Notes: a model not told the origin generated them from the sequence alone. 29,927 bases of DNA from Planctomycetota bacterium (GCA_027295435.1 JAPUKX010000072.1:1-29927), one strand, 5' to 3'. Counted from the stretch's first letter, positions 1 to 8,554 are shown. Numbers and translations: made by a program.

Positions 1-61
1 ACCCGCTGGCCAGGTCGCGCAGCTTGCTGGTGAACGTTGCGCCGTGTTCGGCTGTCGCCAT
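1..61 (-). CDS. 5' end of an unknown gene running off the window edge (MATAEHGATFTSKLRDLASG...)
   Basis: ATG at 61-59, preceded on the minus strand by AAGAGAGGTGTACC (SD-like GAGAGG). The frame is open to position 1. Only 20 codons are visible. Confidence 0.45.
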   Translation of the reverse strand, partial: MATAEHGATFTSKLRDLASG

Positions 62-171
62 GGTACACCTCTCTTGTCGGGCCGGCCAGGCCCGCCGGCG
101 GAGGTGCAACAACGCCAGCAAGGCCCGCCCGCTCGCCCGGCCGTCGCCAGGCTCACCCGTTCCGTTCAATT

Positions 172-755
172 CTACTCGACGTGACGCCGCGACTTCACGC
201 GGCACAACTGTACGATCGCCGCCCGGATCGGGTCGTCCAGCTCCGGCCAAGCTTCGATTATCGCTCGAAGATCGGCGTCGGCGCGCATGTGGCGCGCATG
301 CGACTCAACGGGCGCGCCAGCGCAAGTCGTTTTGTGCTCGTCTGTTAGATGCTCTTTCGGGGTCGTTATTTGCCGGATTTTGAGTCCGGCGCGTCTGCCA
401 ATTCCGCCACTCCGGCGCTTTGCAATCACAGTTTTAGCATCGCCACGGCCGATGTCAACGGCCACCTGCGGACATGCGCGGTCATGTTCGGCACCCTTAC
501 GCACAAGTGAGGCGCAAGGAATTTCAGCCGGGGTGCCGTCCGTGCCGGTCGCGTGCTGTTCGTCAGCATCGTCGGCAGCGTCTCGAGCGCTGACCGGTCC
601 TGGTCTCGCAGGGTGTTCGAGTAGAGGTCCATCGTCAGCGTGATCGTGCTGTGCCGTGCGAGGCTCTGCGCCGCCTTAGGGTGGACGCCGGCCCGTGACA
701 AGTTGCGGATGAAGGTGTGCCGCAACTCCTCGCGGAAATCTGCACACTTGCCCAT
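172..755 (-). pseudogene. Tyrosine recombinase (integrase) C-terminal fragment, 5'-truncated and frameshifted
   Basis: ORF 755-426 reads ADFREELRHTFIRNLSRAGVHPKAAQSLARHSTITLTMDLYS, matching box II (xxLRHT, LARHS, catalytic Tyr in MDLYS). The first His of HxxR is lost (FREELR) and there is an in-frame stop at 803-801. The ATGTDG tail (552-535) lies in another frame, which stays open to TAG at 174-172, implying a frameshift near 553-575. Confidence 0.8.
373..416 (-). mobile_element. att-site-like 5' half of tRNA-Leu(CAA)
   Basis: Minus strand reads GCCGGAG TG GCGGAATTGGCAGACGC G CCGGA CTCAAAA TCCGG: acceptor 5' strand, D arm and a complete anticodon arm (CAA). No variable arm, T arm or acceptor 3' strand follows. 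It lies directly downstream of the integrase fragment. Confidence 0.8.
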
Positions 756-901
756 TGCAACGGTGAATGTGTGAGGTACACTGGTAGCGCCGTAGGTGCT
801 TCAAACTCGCACGATCGAGGCAGTTGTCGGGGCCACGGATTCGGCCAGCAAGCACCTCAGCACCACCGTGCGGCCTCTTTGGTGAGGCGGAGGACCAGGA
901 T

Positions 902-910
902 TGCTATAAA
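902..910 (+). promoter_or_regulatory. Possible extended -10 element (TGcTATAAA) for the phytase-like gene
   Basis: TGn-TATAAA about 46 nt upstream of the ATG at 957. Motif match only. Confidence 0.3.
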
Positions 911-956
911 TGTCGACTGTTCAAGAATCGAGCGTTACCCGAACGGTCAGTACAAA

Positions 957-2159
957 ATGGCATGCGTGAATCATTCTCCAAGGACAATCGCCGTTGCACC
1001 GGCGGCAGTCCTGATCTCCATCTGTATCAGCCATTCCGGCGTTGGACAGACGCTGAGTGTCAACTTCCGCGGCACAATGCCGCTGGGCACCACCGCGACG
1101 GACCAGTACGGGCAGAAGTTCACCGTCACCGGACTCAGCGGGCTGACGTGGGTACAAGACACGCTCTTCGTCGCCGTCATGGATAACTCCGACAAACTGG
1201 TCTTGCTCGATGTCCAGTTGGACGTGGAGGGTACGATCAGCTTCGCCGCGATCATCGGTGGTCTCACCCTCGCCGAGTCGCGCGACTTCGAGGGCATCGC
1301 ATACACCACAGTCGACCGTGACAGCGTGTTTCTTTCTGAGGAGGACACACCCGCCATTCAGGAATACAGCCACTCGGACGGCACTTTGCTCCAAACGCTC
1401 GACACACCCTCGGTGTTCTTCAACCTGCGTCCGAATTTCGGCTTCGAATCGCTTTCGCGACATCCTGCGGGCACGGAGTTGTGGACCGCGAACGAAGAAG
1501 CGCTCACGGTCGATGGGGAGCTTTCAACGCCGGTAGACGGGACGGTTGTCCGTCTATTGCGCTATACGCGCAGCGGTGAAACCGGTATTCCTGCCGAGCA
1601 GTTTGCCCACATCACGGAACCGATGCACGGCGGAAAGATTTCCGGCGGTCGTAGCGGCCTCGTCGATCTCGCCGTGTTACCGAATAGCAAGATACTTGCC
1701 CTGGAACGCTCATTTGCGTTCAGCATCCCGGATTTCTTCGAAAGCCGGCTCTATGAATTGGATTTCAGCGATGCGACCAACGTTAGCGGCTTCGTCGACG
1801 GCCTGATCGGAGAGACCTTCACGCCCGTCGCGAAGCACCTCCTTTGGTCAGGCAGCGTTGGCAATCTCGAAGGACTCGCATTGGGTCCATCACTGACTGG
1901 CGGCAACCAATCGCTGCTCGGTATTGTCGACGACGGCGACCCGCTGAGCACGAACCAACTCGTCGCTTTCGAGCTGCTGCTCTCCTGCGACCTCGACGGC
2001 GACGGATCGGTTGGCATCCTTGATCTGCTTCTTCTCCTGAGCAACTGGGGACCGTGCCCGGATCCGCCCGCTCCTTGCACGGCCGACCTGAACGGTGACA
2101 GCACCGTCGGCATCCTCGACCTGCTGGCGCTGCTGGCCAACTGGGGGCCGTGTCCGTGA
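957..2159 (+). CDS. Secreted esterase-like-activity-of-phytase family beta-propeller protein with C-terminal dockerin-like tail
   Basis: Motifs GLSGLTW, DFEGIA, NFGFESLS, LWTANEEAL, LALERSF, NLEGLALGP. A hydrophobic N-terminus follows the ATG at 957 (the ORF track start at 717 overlaps the integrase relic). Tail 1986-2156: DLDGDGSVGILDLL...WG twice. Confidence 0.8.
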   Translation: MACVNHSPRTIAVAPAAVLISICISHSGVGQTLSVNFRGTMPLGTTATDQYGQKFTVTGLSGLTWVQDTLFVAVMDNSDKLVLLDVQLDVEGTISFAAIIGGLTLAESRDFEGIAYTTVDRDSVFLSEEDTPAIQEYSHSDGTLLQTLDTPSVFFNLRPNFGFESLSRHPAGTELWTANEEALTVDGELSTPVDGTVVRLLRYTRSGETGIPAEQFAHITEPMHGGKISGGRSGLVDLAVLPNSKILALERSFAFSIPDFFESRLYELDFSDATNVSGFVDGLIGETFTPVAKHLLWSGSVGNLEGLALGPSLTGGNQSLLGIVDDGDPLSTNQLVAFELLLSCDLDGDGSVGILDLLLLLSNWGPCPDPPAPCTADLNGDSTVGILDLLALLANWGPCP

Positions 2160-2317
2160 CCTGATCGCGATTCCAACTACAGCCCCGAACGTCTGTGACT
2201 GGAAGCAAGGTTTCAGACGATCCTTGAGGTTCAGTTCGAGATCGACTCGGCTCGCACAAAACACCTGTTCCAGCACAGCTCTCCGTAACGGATTCCGTTC
2301 AAGAAGGGACAGAACAA

Positions 2318-3019
2318 ATGAAAAGGCTCGCACCAATGTTGACGGTCACAATCGCCGGGCTTGCGCTCGCGGCGATTCCCACGACCACTCTGGCGGACCA
2401 CATTGCCGGGCATGACAATTGCGATCCGACCTTTCCGGTGCCGATTCCAGGTGAGGAGCACTTTACTGGCGGCGTCCTGTTTGTCACAGCGATCGGCCCC
2501 CTCGAGGACGACATCATCACGAACACATCCTTTGATATCACCTATGTGTCGGACGGTGCCACACCGGCGGATGAGATCCAGTTGCACGGCACCGTTCAGG
2601 TGGACAAGGGCTTCGCCGAGTTCATCGTCACCGGGGAGGATCTCGGTTTCGGCAGTGGACCCGGAACGTTCAAGGGCACGTTCTCCACCGATGCCCTCAA
2701 CGGGGTTGTGTGGCCGAGCCCCCTGTTCCCCCCTCATTCGACCGTTGATTTGCAGATTGATGCCGTCAACGGCGGCATCGGAGGATATGCCTACTTCGTC
2801 GATTCGTTCATCAACTTTGATGTCATTCCGGCGCCGCCTTGCGCACCCCCGTGCCCGGCCGACCTCGATGGCGATGGCATCGTCGGGATTCTCGACCTGC
2901 TTGCGCTGCTTGCCGCTTGGGCCACCGACCCCGGTGGACCGCCCGACTTCGACGGCGACGGCACCGTTGGCATCCTCGACCTGCTCACGCTGCTAGCCAA
3001 CTGGGGATCGTGCCCGTAA
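2318..3019 (+). CDS. Secreted protein, unrecognised beta-rich domain plus dockerin-like tail
   Basis: Signal-peptide-like start MKRLAPMLTVTIAGLALAAIPTTTLA. Tail 2852-3016: CPADLDGDGIVGILDLL...DFDGDGTVGILDLLTLLANWGSCP. Confidence 0.8.
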   Translation: MKRLAPMLTVTIAGLALAAIPTTTLADHIAGHDNCDPTFPVPIPGEEHFTGGVLFVTAIGPLEDDIITNTSFDITYVSDGATPADEIQLHGTVQVDKGFAEFIVTGEDLGFGSGPGTFKGTFSTDALNGVVWPSPLFPPHSTVDLQIDAVNGGIGGYAYFVDSFINFDVIPAPPCAPPCPADLDGDGIVGILDLLALLAAWATDPGGPPDFDGDGTVGILDLLTLLANWGSCP

Positions 3020-3027
3020 CGATGCTT

Positions 3028-3065
3028 GGACGGAATAGGACGGAATAGCGGACGAAAGGACGGGA
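3028..3065 (+). repeat. Short tandem array GGACGGAATA x2 plus two degenerate GGACG units
   Basis: GGACGGAATA GGACGGAATA GC GGACGAAA GGACGGGA, starting 8 nt after the stop at 3019. Confidence 0.75.
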
Positions 3066-3077
3066 GTCTCTTATTCT

Positions 3078-3140
3078 TGTCCGGTTCGACCTGAGTCCTG
3101 CTCTGCCGACCTCAACTGCGACGGGGAGGTCAGCGCGTAG
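3078..3140 (+). pseudogene. Orphan fragment of a dockerin-like tail (CPVRPESCSADLNCDGEVSA*)
   Basis: The intergenic translation resembles CPDPPAPCTADLNGDSTVG and CPPPPAPCSADLDGDGSVG in the neighbouring tails. It ends in TAG at 3138-3140 and has no associated gene body. Confidence 0.6.
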
Positions 3141-3254
3141 CCAGGTGTCGCGATGATGGCAGCAGGCGGCGGACACCGCCGAGAAATCCGGCCGGGTCAA
3201 TCTGGGCAAGGCTGCGCCGGCGCCTTCATCGGTAAGTTGTTTTCCATTTTCTAC

Positions 3255-3284
3255 TTGCGATACGTTGCAACCGCGTGTTATTCT
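3255..3284 (+). promoter_or_regulatory. Possible sigma70-type promoter for the FG-GAP protein
   Basis: TTGCGA-N18-TATTCT with TG at the extended -10 position, in a locally AT-rich patch about 117 nt upstream of the ATG at 3402. Confidence 0.35.
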
Positions 3285-3401
3285 AAGACATATAGTACCT
3301 GCAGACGGCAGGCCGTGGTTGGAGCCGCCGGTCACTACACGCCAACGATGGACGTGCTCTTGCTTTACCGCCATTACTTCACTCAGGTAGGAAGAAGAAA
3401 G

Positions 3402-5126
3402 ATGTTTCGTCGCCACTCCTCTATATCATCCCGCTTGGTCCTTACTGGGGCGATGACATCGCTTCTGTCTGCGGGCACCCACGCTCAGCAGTTCATCGAG
3501 GAGTCGGCCAGCCGGTTCCCCTCGCCGAACCCCACCGACTACACCAACCAGCTTACGATCGGTGATATAGACGCCGACGGCGATCTGGACCTCATCTTCG
3601 CCAACGGCGCCGGCTTCTCATCGCCGGGCGCCGCCCAACCTCAGCGCGTCTACATCAACAATGGGTCCGGCGTGTTCACCGATGAGTCGGCGGCGCGGCT
3701 CGGCTTTTCCGGCTGGTGTCGCGGCGTCGAGCTGGGCGACATCGACGACGACGGCGATCTGGACCTGATCTTCGCCCAGGATTTCAACAAGCTGCCCCAC
3801 CTTTTCGCCAACGACGGCAACGGCTTCTTCACCGACGTCACCGCTGCGCAACTACCCAATATCACCCTCAGCAGCTCCCGCGCCCAGTTCGGCGATGTTG
3901 ACAACGACGGCGATCTTGACATCTACATCACCAGCGGGTCCACGAATCGCTTCGGCTGCGGCCAGTACCGCTTGTACCTCAACGACGGCAGCGGCTTCTT
4001 CACCGACGTGACGGCTACCCACCTTCCGATCGGGGCCGTCTGCAGCAACATGGACTGCATCTTCGGTGATATCGACGGCGACTTCGACCTTGATGTCAAG
4101 ACCGCCAGCACCGGCAGCAACAGCAGCCGCCTTTACCGAAACGACGGGACCGGCGTGTTTTCCCTCGTTACCACTATTCCGGGCGATAGCTCCTGCTATT
4201 CCTATGACTTCGGCGACATGGATGGAGACGGCGATCTGGATCTCATCGGCATCAATGCGGGCACCGGCTCCACCGAACTCCTGCTGCGCAACGACGGCAC
4301 CGGAAGCTTCACCAACGTCAGCGGGCAAATCTCGCCCAACACCAGCCTGGACGACAACGACAGCAAGTTCTTCGACTACGACAATGATGGAGATCTGGAT
4401 CTCATCATCGCCCGACTCGGCTCCGGCGGCGAACGAATCTACAACAACGATGGCCATGGCAATTTCACCCAGGTCGCCGGCGTGATCCAGATCATCAGCG
4501 ACTCTTCCCTCGACCTCATGGTCGCTGATCTCACCAACGATGGAAGGCTGGACATTGTGACCGCGCAAGGCGAATCCGGGAACTTCCAGAACCGTATCTA
4601 CATCAACAACGGGCCCGCGGACACCATCCCCCCAGCAATCCAGCGCACCGAGCAGGCGCCCGACACCGCCGACACCAAAGGGCCCTACGTCATTCGCACA
4701 GTGATCTACGACAGTGTCACGTCCGATCGCGGGCCGTTCCTCGATGACGTCACGCTCAACTACGTGATTGCGATCCCAGCCGGCCTGGGCGGCGTGCAGC
4801 AGGTGCCGATGAAGTGGGCCGGCAACTCGCTGTGGCGCGGTGAAATCCCCGGCCAGCCGTCCGGCAGCCTCGTTGAGTATTATGTCACCGCGACCGACTT
4901 CGCCGGCAACTCCAAGACCGGCCCCATCCTGACGTTCACCGTCACCTGTAGTGGCACCGTCGGCGACATCGATTGCAACGGCATCGTTAACATCTTCGAT
5001 CTGTTGGCGCTGATTGCCGCATGGGGTCCGTGTCCGCCTCCGCCGGCGCCCTGCTCCGCCGATCTCGACGGTGACGGCTCCGTCGGGATCCTCGACCTGC
5101 TCACACTCCTGGCGAACTGGGGATGA
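3402..5126 (+). CDS. Secreted FG-GAP/VCBS repeat protein with Ig-like domain and dockerin-like tail
   Basis: Seven GDxDxDGDLD-type repeats, each followed by a (L/I)xxNxGxGxF-like motif in most cases. Signal-like N-terminus from ATG 3402 with a purine-rich upstream region. Ig-like segment (VPMKW...VEYYVTATD) and tail 4962-5123. Confidence 0.85.
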   Translation: MFRRHSSISSRLVLTGAMTSLLSAGTHAQQFIEESASRFPSPNPTDYTNQLTIGDIDADGDLDLIFANGAGFSSPGAAQPQRVYINNGSGVFTDESAARLGFSGWCRGVELGDIDDDGDLDLIFAQDFNKLPHLFANDGNGFFTDVTAAQLPNITLSSSRAQFGDVDNDGDLDIYITSGSTNRFGCGQYRLYLNDGSGFFTDVTATHLPIGAVCSNMDCIFGDIDGDFDLDVKTASTGSNSSRLYRNDGTGVFSLVTTIPGDSSCYSYDFGDMDGDGDLDLIGINAGTGSTELLLRNDGTGSFTNVSGQISPNTSLDDNDSKFFDYDNDGDLDLIIARLGSGGERIYNNDGHGNFTQVAGVIQIISDSSLDLMVADLTNDGRLDIVTAQGESGNFQNRIYINNGPADTIPPAIQRTEQAPDTADTKGPYVIRTVIYDSVTSDRGPFLDDVTLNYVIAIPAGLGGVQQVPMKWAGNSLWRGEIPGQPSGSLVEYYVTATDFAGNSKTGPILTFTVTCSGTVGDIDCNGIVNIFDLLALIAAWGPCPPPPAPCSADLDGDGSVGILDLLTLLANWG

Positions 5127-5132
5127 AGAAAG

Positions 5133-5164
5133 GGCTTGAAGGCTTGCAGGCTTGGAGGCTTGAG
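5133..5164 (+). repeat. Octamer tandem array GGCTTGNN x4
   Basis: GGCTTGAA GGCTTGCA GGCTTGGA GGCTTGAG, starting 6 nt after the stop at 5126, between convergent genes. Confidence 0.85.
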
Positions 5165-5275
5165 GGGTAGTGGTCACGCGCGCGGCCTGGAGGCCGCGGC
5201 TAAACAGACGGTCGGCCGGGCGCCGTGCCATACACGGTCGGGCATCGCGAATGGATTCGATTCGTACAAGTCAGT

Positions 5276-5701
5276 TCAGGCGAGCACGTCGAGCAACGTG
5301 CCGAGGTTCGTGACGTGGAAGTAGTTCACGACGCGGACGATCTCGGCCGGATCGGGCGGGGTTACATCTCGAAACTCGGTGGGCTTGCCGAGCGGGTCGG
5401 GGGCATAGGGTTTGCGATCGCTCGGCGGAGACGCCTGCGGGTCGGGCGGCACATCGCGTGCAAGGCGATGCAGCGATGGCTGGAACATGTCAGTCTGGAC
5501 CGGCTGAACCAAGCCGCGCCGAAGACGGTCAATCTCCCGGCGGGCGGCGTTGAGCACGATCCGGCATTGCCCGGCGTCGCACTCACGAGAGGCCGGGGCG
5601 GTTTCGCTCGCCTGGCGGTTCCGCAGCGCCGTAGCCAGGCTCTCGGCATGAGCCCGAATGAGCCGCTCGACCGGATCGAACACGTTGAACCTATTCTCCA
5701 C
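5276..5701 (-). CDS. Hypothetical protein (~141 aa) ending in NLGTLLDVLA
   Basis: ORF 5276-5884. The 5' part of the long ORF looks non-coding and overlaps the queA upstream region, so a GTG at 5701 or 5707 is the more plausible start. Helical N-half, Pro-rich linker, short ordered C-terminus. Confidence 0.6.
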   Translation of the reverse strand: MENRFNVFDPVERLIRAHAESLATALRNRQASETAPASRECDAGQCRIVLNAARREIDRLRRGLVQPVQTDMFQPSLHRLARDVPPDPQASPPSDRKPYAPDPLGKPTEFRDVTPPDPAEIVRVVNYFHVTNLGTLLDVLA

Positions 5702-5891
5702 GTGCACACAATGGGAGCAGCACGGCGCGCACCAATTGCAGCTGCGGGTCCCGGCCGGGCGTAGCCGCCTATAACAACTCGGCTCCCGCGATTCGCTCAC
5801 GGCACGCCTGGCGAAGTATGAACCGCGCGGGATAATCTGGTTGTGCCGGATGTCGCCCCGGCTCCACGGCCCAGCACCCGTCAACGTGCAG

Positions 5892-6992
5892 ATGTCGAAA
5901 CACGTGTTGCGAACCGATGAGCTTGATTACCAGCTTCCACAGGAGCTGATCGCCACCCGCCCGGTTAAGCCGCGCGACTCTGCCCGGATGCTGGTGATGA
6001 GCCGCTACGACAACACGATCGAGCATCGCCACGTGCGCGATCTGCCGCGCTACCTCCGGTCAGACGACGCGATGGTCTTCAACACCACCGCGGTCATGCG
6101 CGCCGGGCTGCTTGGCCGGCGAGTCGGCACCGGCGGCCGCGTCGAAGGACTGTTTCTCGACGAGCCCGAGCCGGGCCGTTGGCTGGTGATGCTCCGAAGC
6201 AACGGCCGACTGCGGCGGGGCCAGCAGATCGAACTGCTCGACCCACAAGGCCGCCCGCAAGGACATCGCCTCGAACTACTCGACCGCCAGGCATCGGGCT
6301 GGGTGGCGCGAGTGCTTGGGCCGGGATCAGCGGCTTCGGTCCTCGATCGGGTTGGACATACGCCGCTGCCGCCGTACATTCGCCGGGTACGGGGCGATCA
6401 GCTCGTCGCCGATGCGCTCGATCGGCAGTGGTACCAGACGGTCTATGCAGATGCTCAGCAGCGCGGATCGGTGGCGGCGCCCACCGCAGGGCTGCACTTC
6501 ACGCCTGATCTTCTAGCCAGGCTCGAGAAGTCCGGCGTGCGGCGGATCGACGTGATGCTGCACATCGGCCTGGGAACGTTTCAGCCGATCACCTCGGGCA
6601 GGATCGACCAGCATGTGATGCACGCAGAGCATTACGCGGTCTCGCCCGAAGCGATCGCAGCTCTGCGCGAGCTGCGCAAGGGTCGGCGGGGGCGCATCTT
6701 CGCCATCGGCAGCACCGTGGTCCGCACGCTTGAGTCGCTGCCCGAGCCATTGCCTCAAACGGCTGCGTCGGATGGCCCATTCAGCGGGCAAACGGACCTT
6801 CTGATTGCTCCGCCCTATCAGTTCAAACATGTTGATGGGATGCTGACCAACTTCCACCTTCCTCGCTCCACGCTTCTGGCCCTGGTAGCGGCGATGATCG
6901 GGCTGGATCGCCTCAAGGCCGTCTATCACGAGGCGATCGAGCAGCGCTACCGGTTCTACAGCTACGGCGACGCTATGCTCATTCTTCCATAG
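5892..6992 (+). CDS. queA: S-adenosylmethionine:tRNA ribosyltransferase-isomerase
   Basis: LDYQLPQELIA, PLPPYI, SVAAPTAGLHFT, HIGLGTFQP, LTNFHLPRSTLL, YRFYSYGDAMLI. The start could also be GTG 5904 or TTG 5907. Confidence 0.97.
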   Translation: MSKHVLRTDELDYQLPQELIATRPVKPRDSARMLVMSRYDNTIEHRHVRDLPRYLRSDDAMVFNTTAVMRAGLLGRRVGTGGRVEGLFLDEPEPGRWLVMLRSNGRLRRGQQIELLDPQGRPQGHRLELLDRQASGWVARVLGPGSAASVLDRVGHTPLPPYIRRVRGDQLVADALDRQWYQTVYADAQQRGSVAAPTAGLHFTPDLLARLEKSGVRRIDVMLHIGLGTFQPITSGRIDQHVMHAEHYAVSPEAIAALRELRKGRRGRIFAIGSTVVRTLESLPEPLPQTAASDGPFSGQTDLLIAPPYQFKHVDGMLTNFHLPRSTLLALVAAMIGLDRLKAVYHEAIEQRYRFYSYGDAMLILP

Positions 6993-7066
6993 CCGTCCGA
7001 TTTCTACGGCCGGGCGGCGGCCAATCCCGATATCCTTTGTGCTGGGGTCGTTCGTTGCCAAATGGC

Positions 7067-8554
7067 ATGACCATCGCCGAACTGATTGCCGGCCTATCGA
7101 TCGAGCTGGTCCGTGGGTCAGGTTCGACGGTCATACGTGAAATCGTCGAGGATTCTCGCTGCGCCGGACCCGACTGCCTGTTTGTCGCCAGAGCAGGCGC
7201 CAAATTCGATGGTTGTGCCTATATTGCAGATGCGATCGCCGCTGGCGCGGTTGCCGTTTTGTGCAAGGACGCTGGTACCGTTTCCGACCGCGCGGCCGTC
7301 GTGGTGGCCGACGATGTCGCTACGGCTGGGGGGGAACTGGCCGAACGCTTCCACGGCCATCCCGGCAAGGCCTTGAGACTGATCGGCATCACCGGCACCA
7401 ACGGCAAAACCACGACCGCTCACCTCATCCATCAGATTCTCAACCAGGCCGGCGTTCGCTGCGGCCTTGTCGGGACGGTGCAGATCGACGATGGAGCAGC
7501 CGTCACCCCGGCGTCCCTGACCACACCGCCGGCCATCGAGACCAGCCGCATTCTGCGGAGAATGATGGACAGCGGCTGCGCGGTCGCAGTTCTGGAAGTC
7601 TCCAGCCATGCCCTGCATCAGCGCCGGACTTCCGCTCTGTGCTTCGACGCGGCGGTCTTCACCAATCTGTCGGGTGACCACCTCGATTATCACGGCACGA
7701 TGGACGCGTATGCTCAGGCCAAGGCCGGCCTCTTTGAATCCTTGGCAGCCGAGAGCTGCGCCATCGTGAACATTGACGATCCCGCAACGAATCGAGTGCT
7801 GCGGGATTGTGCGGGCCGAACGCTCCGCTGCAGCCTGACCGACCCGACCGCCGACTGCTTCGCCGAGGTTGGCCGCCAAACGATCGAGAACGTTGAAGCG
7901 GTATTGACTGGACCGTGGGGCGTGTTTGAGGTGTGTCTGGGGCTGATCGGCCGGCACAATGTCGCCAACGCGCTGCACGCTGCGGCCGTGTGTTGGGACT
8001 TCGGCGTTGAGAGGGCGGCGTTGCAATCGGGGCTGAGCTGCTGCACGCCGCCGCCCGGACGCCTGGAGGCGGTGACGGGGCCCGGTGACGAATTCACGGT
8101 GCTCGTTGATTACGCCCATACCGATGATGCTCTTGCGAATGTGTTGCGCGCGCTGCGGCCGGTGGTGCCCGTCGGTGGTCAATTGCGGCTGGTGTTCGGT
8201 TGCGGCGGCGACCGTGATCGCACCAAACGCCCACGGATGGCCCGGACCGCCGCCCGGTTCGCTGACGAACTGATCATCACCTCCGACAATCCGCGCACCG
8301 AAGACCCGCAGGCAATCATGGACGACATCCTTGAGGGAATACCCGCCCAACGGCTGGCCGAGACGATCACGCTGGTTGATCGGAGACACGCGATCCAGCA
8401 CGCGATCCAGCGGACTCAGCCAGGCGACGTTCTGCTCATCGCCGGCAAGGGACACGAGTCGTACCAGATCATCGGTACCCAGAAGCGGCCGTTCGACGAT
8501 CGTCTCGTCGCGGCCGATGCGTTGGCAAATCATCGAGCCAAGTCGGTCACGTGA
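7067..8554 (+). CDS. murE: UDP-MurNAc-L-Ala-D-Glu--meso-DAP ligase
   Basis: GITGTNGKTT P-loop, EVSSHAL, FTNLSGDHLDYH, PGRLE, VDYAHT, FGCGGDRD, DNPR (DAP-type motif), AGKGHE. Confidence 0.97.
   Translation: MTIAELIAGLSIELVRGSGSTVIREIVEDSRCAGPDCLFVARAGAKFDGCAYIADAIAAGAVAVLCKDAGTVSDRAAVVVADDVATAGGELAERFHGHPGKALRLIGITGTNGKTTTAHLIHQILNQAGVRCGLVGTVQIDDGAAVTPASLTTPPAIETSRILRRMMDSGCAVAVLEVSSHALHQRRTSALCFDAAVFTNLSGDHLDYHGTMDAYAQAKAGLFESLAAESCAIVNIDDPATNRVLRDCAGRTLRCSLTDPTADCFAEVGRQTIENVEAVLTGPWGVFEVCLGLIGRHNVANALHAAAVCWDFGVERAALQSGLSCCTPPPGRLEAVTGPGDEFTVLVDYAHTDDALANVLRALRPVVPVGGQLRLVFGCGGDRDRTKRPRMARTAARFADELIITSDNPRTEDPQAIMDDILEGIPAQRLAETITLVDRRHAIQHAIQRTQPGDVLLIAGKGHESYQIIGTQKRPFDDRLVAADALANHRAKSVT

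Noticed and set aside
330-416. tRNA-Leu interrupted by an intron
   Set aside because: The break lies after a complete anticodon stem, not in the loop. I found no T arm or acceptor 3' strand in 1-372.
3402-4620. GACGGCGATCTGGAC-type recurring DNA in the FG-GAP gene, and the tag repeats, as CRISPR or mobile repeats
   Set aside because: They are in-frame protein repeats with irregular spacing. There are no cas genes and no repeat-spacer periodicity anywhere in the window.
5181-5198. CGCGGCC-TGGA-GGCCGCG hairpin as an intrinsic terminator
   Set aside because: There is no U-tract on either strand. It is a real hairpin between convergent genes, but its function cannot be assigned.
3852-5231. Long antisense ORFs (e.g. 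3852-5231, 7118-8533, 20054-20959, 26274-27044) as overlapping genes
   Set aside because: They mirror well-supported genes on the opposite strand, show no motifs, and are expected in high-GC DNA with biased codon usage.
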